This document shows, piece after piece, positions 8,351-15,021 of a stretch of DNA of 15,189 bases; position 1 is the first letter of the stretch; every line of letters begins with the position of its first letter. Both the position numbers and the translations under genes were made by a program. The notes beneath the pieces were generated by a model. It searched no databases and was not told where the DNA came from. It saw only the letters and a program-made list of their open reading frames with translations. The stretch comes from Elusimicrobiota bacterium (lineage in GTDB: Bacteria; Elusimicrobiota; Elusimicrobia; UBA1565; UBA9628), in NCBI GenBank assembly GCA_027319565.1, contig DAHVNA010000041.1, forward strand, positions 1 to 15,189. Reading direction: 5' to 3'.

Positions 8351-10440
8351 TTTTGAATCAGCCGCGGACGCCGATGCGCCAAAGCCGTATCGCGATAGTC
8401 TTCCTTAGCCAAAGCCGTGAACACCGATTGAGAGCGAATCACTTTTCTCGAAGCGGGAACCTTCACCTTCAGCCAATTTCCATCGGCTTGCAGATTCCAA
8501 GATTTTACATTGTCTTGAATGCCATTGGCCAAGATCACGCTGACAATATAGCGTTTTAAAGCCACATCTTTAATCGGAAACGCGATTTCCATGCGGGTAT
8601 AAAAATTGCGGGGCATCCAATCGGCGCTTGAAAGGTAAAGTTTTTCCTCGCCGTCGGCCCGGAAATAATAAATGCGGCTGTGCTCTAAAAACCGGTCGAT
8701 GACGCTGATGACTCGAATTCGCTCGCTTAAGCCCGGAACTCCGGGCCTCAAGCAACAAATGCCGCGAACCATCAAATCAATATGCACCCCGGATTGAGAC
8801 GCCTGGTAGAGGGCCGCGATAATATCCGGATCCACCAGCGAATTAATTTTCGCGATAATGCGCCCGTTTCCGCCTTTTTTTTGAATTTCCATTTCAGCGC
8901 GGATCAGGCGCAGAATTTGATTGCGCAGATTTTGAGGCGCGACCAAAAGCTCTTTAAAGCGCGGCAACGGCCTCCGGCGAGAGAGCCAATTAAAGTAAGA
9001 ATGAACCTCTTTGGAGAGGGCAGAATCAACCGTAAAAATTCCCAGATCGGTGTATTGACGCGCGGTAGTCGCATGATAGTTTCCCGTGCCTAAATGCAAA
9101 TAAGAGACGGGCCCGAGCTCTTCTTGGCGGATGAGCTCGGTCAATTTGCTGTGAACCTTGAGCCGTCCAAAAGGGCGAACGACGCGAACCCCGGAACGGC
9201 GAAGCTCGGAAGCCCATTTGACGTTATTGATCTCATCAAAACGAGCCTTGACCTCGACATAAGCCGTCACTTTTTTTCCGTTTTTGGCCGCCTCTTGAAG
9301 TGCCTCCATCATCGGGGAACGCGCTCCGACCCGATAAACCGTCTGGGAGATATGGGTGACCCTGGGATCGCGCGCGGCGGCTCTGAGGAAATTAATGACG
9401 ATATCAAAAGAGTCATATGGATGATGAAGCAAAATGTCCTTGGCTTTAATGCCTTCAAAAATTTGTTTGTCCCGCAGGGGTTTTGGAATCGGAGAGACAA
9501 CGACCGGATAGCGAAGCGCGTCAAAGCCGGGAGCATGATAAATCTGGGTTAAAGCCCTCAAATCCAGCGGCAAATCAAAACGGTAGAGAGCCGCCAAATC
9601 AAGGCCCAAGGCCGTTCCCAAAAACAAAGAGCCCTCGGTGTAGGCCGCGGCATCTATTTCCAAGCGTACAATTTTCGCCGAGGAACGCTTTTTAACCGCT
9701 TCTTCGATCTGATATTCCAGCGACTCCTCATCGTCTGGCCGATACCACAAATCGGCTTCGCGAAGGATTTTAAAGGAAAACGCCTCCAGGACTTTCTTTT
9801 CCGGGAAAAGCTCGGGGGCTTTGACGCAAAGCCATCTTTCGGCCAGGGCAAAACGCAAGGATTTTTTTCGAGCCGAGAGCGGAACAAGCCTTTTCTCGCG
9901 GTCTCCGATGGTTAAAATCGCGTATTCTCCGGGAAACCGCACGAAGACATGCAGGCAATCGCTTTTCAAATGCGGAAAAGGATCCCGGGACCTTCGCATG
10001 ACAACGCTGATTTCGGGAAGGCCCTTGCGAATCTCGGCATCCAAAGCGCGATGGGCCTCCAAGTGATTGTAAATAGAAATCCCATGCCGCTTTAATTCCT
10101 GAAGAATCTCATCGAGAATGACGGCCTGGCGAGATTTCTGCCGCAAAACCCGTTCGCGGATCTGAATGAGCAAATTGGCGGCGGTCAGCCCATCGGGAAA
10201 CTTGCGATTGGGATAACGGCGGGCCAGGCGCGCGATTTCCGCGACTCGCACCATGAAAAATTCGTCCAAGTTGGAGCTGACGATGGCGCAAAAGCGCAGG
10301 CGTTCAAGGGCCGGAACGGAAGGATCGGCGGCCTCGGAAAGAACCCTTTCGTTAAAATCAAGCCAACTGAGATCCCGATTTAAAAATATCTCTCCAGGAG
10401 AAAAATCCGGGGATTTCTTTGAGGGAAGAGTTTTTTTCAC
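8347..10440 (-). CDS. ppk1: Polyphosphate kinase 1
   Basis: NRDLSWLDFNERVL, SSNLDEFFMVRVA, LLHHPYDSF, EVKARFDE, KVHSK (phospho-His), HLGTGNY, RGICCLRPG, DRFLEHSR, SSADWMPRN. GTG start. Confidence 0.96.
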   Translation of the reverse strand: MKKTLPSKKSPDFSPGEIFLNRDLSWLDFNERVLSEAADPSVPALERLRFCAIVSSNLDEFFMVRVAEIARLARRYPNRKFPDGLTAANLLIQIRERVLRQKSRQAVILDEILQELKRHGISIYNHLEAHRALDAEIRKGLPEISVVMRRSRDPFPHLKSDCLHVFVRFPGEYAILTIGDREKRLVPLSARKKSLRFALAERWLCVKAPELFPEKKVLEAFSFKILREADLWYRPDDEESLEYQIEEAVKKRSSAKIVRLEIDAAAYTEGSLFLGTALGLDLAALYRFDLPLDLRALTQIYHAPGFDALRYPVVVSPIPKPLRDKQIFEGIKAKDILLHHPYDSFDIVINFLRAAARDPRVTHISQTVYRVGARSPMMEALQEAAKNGKKVTAYVEVKARFDEINNVKWASELRRSGVRVVRPFGRLKVHSKLTELIRQEELGPVSYLHLGTGNYHATTARQYTDLGIFTVDSALSKEVHSYFNWLSRRRPLPRFKELLVAPQNLRNQILRLIRAEMEIQKKGGNGRIIAKINSLVDPDIIAALYQASQSGVHIDLMVRGICCLRPGVPGLSERIRVISVIDRFLEHSRIYYFRADGEEKLYLSSADWMPRNFYTRMEIAFPIKDVALKRYIVSVILANGIQDNVKSWNLQADGNWLKVKVPASRKVIRSQSVFTALAKEDYRDTALAHRRPRLIQK

Positions 10441-10462
10441 TTAAGTCTTCAAAGCTCTTTCC

Positions 10463-10520
10463 ATCATATCAATTTCGCTCGTCCCAGGGGGACGACGGAC
10501 AAGTAAAATCCGGATGACAG
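10463..10520 (-). promoter_or_regulatory. Candidate ppk1 operon promoter: extended -10 TGaTATGAT with upstream Pho-box-like repeats
   Basis: Minus strand: CTGTCAT (10520-10514), ATTTTAC, CCGTCGT at 11-nt spacing. TGATATGAT at 10471-10463. Confidence 0.4.
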
Positions 10521-10542
10521 ACGGCGGAATTAGAAACTCTTG

Positions 10543-11523
10543 TCAGGGAATCGGGCGCATTGTAAAGTCGGCGCCGGAGGCCTCGGCAAAACCGTAATCG
10601 GCATAAGCCGTTTGGGCCTCTTTGGTCTTTAGAAACGCGGCATAGATTTGGGCGTTGTGCCGATGATTTCCATTTTTGAGAATACTGGCGATGTAATTGA
10701 CCTTATTTTTAAGACTGTCTTGAACCGGAAGACTGACCCCTTGAACGGAGTAGCCTTTTTTAGCGGCATGAACGTTCTCCGTCGCCCAGACCAGTCCCAC
10801 GTCCGCCCGGCCGGCGTTAATGGCCTTGGGAATTTCCCGGTGATGAACGCGCGTGAAATAAACATTCGGCGCGCCAAAGCAACCGGCGCAGATCTTTCCC
10901 GCCGTAAGTTTCTTCCAAAGATGATGATTCTTGAGAACATCTTCGCCGTAGACGCTCATAATCCCTTCGGTCACGGGATTGGGAAGGAAAATGCGCAAAT
11001 GAGGGCGGGCAAGATCGGCAATTCCGCGAATATGCTTGGGATTTCCCTTGGCCACCATCAAAGCCAGCTGATTGTGGAGATAAATGAAGTATCGGCTGAC
11101 CAACCCCGCCTTTTTAAGGTCTTTTAAATGCGCGATATCAACCGTCGTGTAAAGATCGGGGCGCAGCCGGAAATTGCGCCCTTGATAAGTCCAGCCCCCC
11201 TTTAAAATCGCGCGGGCGATCTTGCCGGGGGGCAAGGTGATAAGACCGATTGATTTAATTTCAGGATGCGCCTTTTGAAAGCGGCCCAAAACTTCCGGCA
11301 TCGCGAAAAATTGATTTCCCGCGATCCAAAGGGAGAAATCAACCCCTTTTTGCATTTGTTTTAAGGCCGCAATGCCCGAAAGATTCTTTCCATTAGAAAA
11401 AAAGACCCTGAGGTCGGAATCGCGATGCGCGGGTATGGGCTCAAGTTTTCGAACTTGAGAGAACACCGGCCCCGCGAATAAAAACGCGGCGAGGGCCAAG
11501 ACAAAGGGTCTCATTTTTCTCAT
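10543..11523 (-). CDS. Periplasmic ModA/sulfate-binding-like oxyanion-binding protein (SBP_bac_11-like), no adjacent permease
   Basis: Signal peptide. AGNQFFAM, TLPPG, NQLALMVAKGNPKHIRGIADL, VHHREIP, ADVGLVWATE, FLKTKEAQTAYADYGF. SD GGAG upstream. Confidence 0.75.
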   Translation of the reverse strand: MRKMRPFVLALAAFLFAGPVFSQVRKLEPIPAHRDSDLRVFFSNGKNLSGIAALKQMQKGVDFSLWIAGNQFFAMPEVLGRFQKAHPEIKSIGLITLPPGKIARAILKGGWTYQGRNFRLRPDLYTTVDIAHLKDLKKAGLVSRYFIYLHNQLALMVAKGNPKHIRGIADLARPHLRIFLPNPVTEGIMSVYGEDVLKNHHLWKKLTAGKICAGCFGAPNVYFTRVHHREIPKAINAGRADVGLVWATENVHAAKKGYSVQGVSLPVQDSLKNKVNYIASILKNGNHRHNAQIYAAFLKTKEAQTAYADYGFAEASGADFTMRPIP

Positions 11524-11544
11524 TTGATTTCTCCAGTTACGGAA

Positions 11545-12018
11545 TCAGGATGGATGGACGTAAGCCCAGCCATTTCCCTCTCGAATGATGATTTCGCCCG
11601 CCGCGGACGGAACAAAGGAAATAAACGGGTAAAGAGTTTTTTTGTCGATTTTAAGCTCGCGCAAGGTGTTGGAACATTGGGCCAAGATAACTCCCTGAGC
11701 CTGAAGTTGGCGCAAAAGTTTCTCAAAACCATTGCCCTTGAGATAAACCTTATAGCCCATGCTATTGGCAATCAGCTCGATTTTAACCTTGCCCTGAAGG
11801 CGCGGATCCCCAAGAGCGTTTTTGATGTTATTGAGAGTCTTTTTCATCGTCGAAGGGGCGGCGGAATCGAGTTGAAAAATCGCCTTATACATGGGCTTTG
11901 TCGCCTGGGCTCCCTGGAAATTTCCCTGAGCATAACCGCGATGAACCCAAGAAACCGCCAAGAACGCCATTGCCATCAACGCCGCCCAGGTCCATTTTCC
12001 GATTTTTACTTTTTTCAT
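11545..12018 (-). CDS. Secreted DsrE/DsrF-like family protein
   Basis: Signal peptide ending GYA-Q. TLNNIKN, IELIANSMG, QGVILAQCSNTL (single Cys), FVPSAAGEII, GWAYV. SD AAGGAG. Confidence 0.82.
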   Translation of the reverse strand: MKKVKIGKWTWAALMAMAFLAVSWVHRGYAQGNFQGAQATKPMYKAIFQLDSAAPSTMKKTLNNIKNALGDPRLQGKVKIELIANSMGYKVYLKGNGFEKLLRQLQAQGVILAQCSNTLRELKIDKKTLYPFISFVPSAAGEIIIREGNGWAYVHPS

Positions 12019-12045
12019 TTTTCTCTCCTTTTGATTTAACCACGA

Positions 12046-12858
12046 TTAATATCTGGCGTCGGCGGGCTTTCCGCCTTTGGGCCAGTCCTTATTTTTTCCC
12101 GCAAAATCAGGCCGGGGCTGATGAATCAGGTAATCCGCTATATCGTAACTTTGTTGGGAAGACAAACTGCCCCCTTGCCATCGGGGCATATTCCATTTGA
12201 TAAATGCCGCCGCAACGCTTAAGCGCGCCATCCCCGCCCCTATATTAAATGATTTTTTACCCCAGACCGGCGGAACCAGGGCGCGGCCATCGCCCCTAAA
12301 GACGCCCTCTCCGTTGCGGCCATGGCAGCGAGCGCAACGAACGGCGTAAAGAGTTTTTCCGCGCGATAAGTTAGTTTTAAAAATCCCCTTGATTTTCTTG
12401 ATGCCAAAGCCCGGGGCTTTTTTCCCGGCCGGGACATCTTTCGACAGCCACTGAAGGTAAGCCATAAAAGCTTTCATCTCATTTCCCTTTAGAGGCAAGG
12501 GTTTTCCGCTCAAACTACGGACAAAGCATCCGTTGATTCGCTCCGGAAGAGTGACCACGCGCCCGGCCCGCGCCTGATAGCGGGGATAGCGATTGTAAAC
12601 GCCGATCAAGGACGCCCCAAAGGGCTTTTGCCCTCCGCGCAGATGACAGCTGGAACAGGAAAGAGAGCTGTGGTTATATTCCTTAAGGAATCGCGGGGTC
12701 TCGTTAAATAGCCTTTGACCCTTGAGCGCCCAGAAATTCTTCGGATGCCGGATGATATTTTCCGAAGAAGCCCTGACCGGCAATTCTAAATAGATGAGCA
12801 AAGACACAATTGAAAGAGCCAAGGCCCCCCGAAAAATTTGTCTCGCCAGATACCGCAT
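12046..12858 (-). CDS. tsdA: Diheme cytochrome c, thiosulfate dehydrogenase / tetrathionate reductase TsdA-like
   Basis: Two CxxCH motifs (CSSCH, CARCH). YPRY and TLPERINGCFVRSLSG (catalytic Cys, heme-1 ligand). PPVWG..SFNIGAGMAR and FIKWNMP (heme-2 Met). N-terminal export/anchor segment. Confidence 0.83.
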   Translation of the reverse strand: MRYLARQIFRGALALSIVSLLIYLELPVRASSENIIRHPKNFWALKGQRLFNETPRFLKEYNHSSLSCSSCHLRGGQKPFGASLIGVYNRYPRYQARAGRVVTLPERINGCFVRSLSGKPLPLKGNEMKAFMAYLQWLSKDVPAGKKAPGFGIKKIKGIFKTNLSRGKTLYAVRCARCHGRNGEGVFRGDGRALVPPVWGKKSFNIGAGMARLSVAAAFIKWNMPRWQGGSLSSQQSYDIADYLIHQPRPDFAGKNKDWPKGGKPADARY

Positions 12859-12928
12859 ATATCCATCATATGCGAAAATTCAAACAAAAGAAAGATTATT
12901 TATCTGATGGGTTATCAGTTTTTCTTAT
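12856..12928 (-). promoter_or_regulatory. tsdA promoter: -10 TATGAT 6 nt before ATG, weak -35, LysR-type T-N11-A site
   Basis: TATGAT at 12870-12865. -35 position reads TTTCTT. Dyad ATAAG-N5-CTGAT (12928-12914) is centred about 63 nt upstream of the ATG. Confidence 0.6.
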
Positions 12929-12965
12929 GGGCTTAATTGAGCGAAAGCGCCAGAAACGAAATTGA

Positions 12966-13877
12966 TTAGTTCGGAAAAACGGGAATATTTTTTCGGGCAA
13001 AGTAGAAAAATTCCGAATAAATATCCGGCATTCCCCCGGAAGGGACGACCCAATAAAAAAGGCGCTTAATTTTAATATCGCTGAGCGGAAAAATCGCCAA
13101 CTGCCTAAGTTCGAGTTCATTTTGAATCGCCCAACGGGACATAAAAGCGAAGCCAAGACCGGATGAAACCGCAGATTTGATCGCTTCCGTGCTTCCCAGT
13201 TCCGCCGCATAAGAAAAACGCCGGATGGGAAAACCCGCTTTTCTTAAGGAACGCTCAACCACCGAGCGAGTTCCGCTTCCCGGCTCGCGCGCCAAAAGCG
13301 GGCATTGAAACAAATCTTTGGCCTTGCGCGGGCGAAAAGGCGATGAAGCCGGCCCGGCCAAGACAATTTGGTCTTCCAGAAAAGGCTTAAGCGCCACGGC
13401 CGAGGCGCGCCCATGGCCTTCGACTAAACCCAGGGCCACCGTCCCTTGCTTGACCTCTTCCAAGACCTCTTCGGTATTTCCGACATGGAGAACAAAAGAC
13501 AATCCGGGATTTCTTTGCTTGAATTTGGAAAAAATTGCCGGCAAAATATGGGAAGCGATCGTCGTGCTGGCGGAGAGAATTAATTTGCCTTTTGGAGAAC
13601 GCGATTTTTGCGCCTCAAAAGCGGCCTCGTCCATCAGCCCATAAATTTTTTTGGCGCGCTCGTAAAAAACCCGCCCCGCCGATGTCAAGCGAACGCCCAA
13701 GGTCGAACGCGTCAACAGTGGAACGCCTAATTGCCGCTCTAAATTGCGGATGCGCGCGGTAACCGCGGGCTGAGACAAATGGACGGCTTTGGCTGCGGCG
13801 GAAATTTTCTGAGAATCGGCGACCGCCAAAAAGATGGGCAAAACATCGGGATTAAAATCCAGCTGATAGGAACTCAT
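12966..13877 (-). CDS. LysR-family transcriptional regulator (CysL-like substrate-binding domain)
   Basis: HTH ISAAAKAVHLSQPAVTARIRNLERQLGVPLL, ASTTIASHILP, GNTEEV, GLVEG, REPGSGTR, ELGSTEAIKSAV..GLG. Confidence 0.92.
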   Translation of the reverse strand: MSSYQLDFNPDVLPIFLAVADSQKISAAAKAVHLSQPAVTARIRNLERQLGVPLLTRSTLGVRLTSAGRVFYERAKKIYGLMDEAAFEAQKSRSPKGKLILSASTTIASHILPAIFSKFKQRNPGLSFVLHVGNTEEVLEEVKQGTVALGLVEGHGRASAVALKPFLEDQIVLAGPASSPFRPRKAKDLFQCPLLAREPGSGTRSVVERSLRKAGFPIRRFSYAAELGSTEAIKSAVSSGLGFAFMSRWAIQNELELRQLAIFPLSDIKIKRLFYWVVPSGGMPDIYSEFFYFARKNIPVFPN

Positions 13878-13884
13878 GATTTAA

Positions 13885-14196
13885 TCATACCCTTTTACGG
13901 CTTGGCCTTTGTCCGCCCTTGCGCTTGATCAATTTTTCTTTTTGAGCGCGCGTCAATTTCTTAATTTGGGCTTCTCGAATCAGGGCTTGAGACAAGGTGA
14001 GCCCCCGTTCCTCGTAAAGCAATCTCAGCGGCCCGCGACCGCGCGTGTAAGCCGCGCCTTTTCCCTGGCGATGCGCTTTTATCCGGGCTTGAACGTCTTT
14101 AGAAATCCCGGTATAGAGCGTTCGGTCCCCGCAGCGCAAAACATAGACGCTCCAGGGTTCTTTCAATTTCAAACGATAGACCTTTGGCGGGCTCAT
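13885..14196 (-). CDS. GIY-YIG nuclease family protein (UPF0213/YhbQ-like)
   Basis: WSVYVLRCGDRTLYTGISKDVQARIKAH..GKGAAYTRGRGP, ALIREAQIKKLTRAQKEKL. ATG at 14196 (ORF-track start 14202 is TTG). Confidence 0.9.
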   Translation of the reverse strand: MSPPKVYRLKLKEPWSVYVLRCGDRTLYTGISKDVQARIKAHRQGKGAAYTRGRGPLRLLYEERGLTLSQALIREAQIKKLTRAQKEKLIKRKGGQRPSRKRV

Positions 14197-14200
14197 TGAC

Positions 14201-14240
14201 AAAGAAAAAAGGGGCCCGGAAACGTTTTCCAGGCCCCTTT
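14201..14240 (-). terminator. Rho-independent terminator downstream of tetR and the micro-ORF
   Basis: Minus strand AAAGGGGCCTGGAAA-ACG-TTTCCGGGCCCCTTT then TTTCTTT. The one imperfect pair is a U-G wobble only on the minus strand. Confidence 0.85.
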
Positions 14241-14250
14241 GAGCGCGGAT

Positions 14251-14280
14251 TTAGCAGCCGCAGGGTGTTTTCGGTCCCAT
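14251..14280 (-). CDS. Putative 9-aa micropeptide MGPKTPCGC
   Basis: ATG GGA CCG AAA ACA CCC TGC GGC TGC TAA, preceded by AAGGGAGG 10 nt upstream. Lies between the tetR stop and the terminator. Confidence 0.45.
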   Translation of the reverse strand: MGPKTPCGC

Positions 14281-14285
14281 GGTGT

Positions 14286-14894
14286 TTAACCCTCCCTTAT
14301 ACGACTTTTTTGCGTCAAAATGATTCTCGCCAGCTTTCCCATTCGCCTGAAAACGATCGGATCTTTATGGGTTCTGGCCAACATGACCGCGCCCTCGTAG
14401 AGAGAAATAATCGCCTCGGCCAAGGCGCGGGGAGATAAATCGTCTCTCAACAGCCCCTTTTTTTGGGCGCAGGCAAAACTCCGTGATAAATTTTCGCTCC
14501 ATGCGGAAAAAAACGCGCTCGCTTTTTCCCGGAAAAGAGAATTGACATCGCTCATCTCAAGGGCGATATTAGCCACCAAGCACCCAGCCCGGCAACCATT
14601 TTTCTCGTAATGCTCCGCCGCCCCCTCGAAAAGCTTATCAAGGGCCTTAACAATGTTTTCCCCAGAACAGAGGGGCTCAATGCGGCGTTTTTGATAGTCC
14701 GCGATTTTCGCGTCCAGAACGGAAAGCCCGATATTTTCTTTCGATGGAAAGTGATAAAAGAGGTTCGCCTTGGTCATCTTACAGCGCGCGGCGATATCTT
14801 CCATCGTGGTCAGATGATATCCCCGGAGGTGGATGAGATGCTCCGCCTCGTTTAAGATTTTTTCCCGCGTTTTTGGATCTGGTTTTCTCGCCAC
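14286..14894 (-). CDS. TetR/AcrR-family regulator (NemR/LmrA-like C-terminus)
   Basis: TREKILNEAEHLIHLRGYHLTTMEDIA, TKANLFYHFPSKE HTH, GCLVANIALE. GTG at 14894 with GGAG SD preferred over ATG 14921. Confidence 0.92.
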   Translation of the reverse strand: MARKPDPKTREKILNEAEHLIHLRGYHLTTMEDIAARCKMTKANLFYHFPSKENIGLSVLDAKIADYQKRRIEPLCSGENIVKALDKLFEGAAEHYEKNGCRAGCLVANIALEMSDVNSLFREKASAFFSAWSENLSRSFACAQKKGLLRDDLSPRALAEAIISLYEGAVMLARTHKDPIVFRRMGKLARIILTQKSRIREG

Positions 14895-14920
14895 GAAGTC
14901 TCCGTCCAAACAAGCATTCA

Positions 14921-14969
14921 TTAACCAACCGGTCAGTTAAATGATAGCAGGAAAAAAATATTTCGTCAA
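14921..14969 (-). promoter_or_regulatory. sigma70 promoter of tetR with a downstream palindromic operator
   Basis: TTGACG (14969-14964), 17 nt, TATCAT (14946-14941). Palindrome TTAACTGACCGGTTGGTTAA (14940-14921; 8/10 pairs) covers the predicted +1. Confidence 0.8.
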
Positions 14970-15021
14970 GGGGCCGGGTGGGACCCTTATCATTAGCGAA
15001 AGAGAAATTAACCGCTTGCTT

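Noticed and set aside
10479..10495. Hairpin as intrinsic terminator of the sulfur module
   Set aside because: There is no U-tract on either strand and the stem is short.
11524..12039. 171-aa plus-strand ORF and other antisense or alternate-frame ORFs (e.g. 6276-6821, 9094-9552, 10648-11127, 12896-13210)
   Set aside because: They are shadows of well-supported genes and carry no recognisable motifs.
12046..12858. SoxA assignment for the cytochrome
   Set aside because: The PPVWG/GAGM/NMP motifs and Cys placement fit TsdA, and soxX/Y/Z/B are not adjacent.
13885..14196. GIY-YIG nuclease as a CRISPR-associated or mobile-element gene
   Set aside because: It looks like the widespread stand-alone UPF0213 type and is separated from the array by tetR and a terminator.
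14941..15021. tracrRNA/anti-repeat next to the array
   Set aside because: No segment complementary to the repeat 3' end was seen. It would be expected on the leader side, outside the window.
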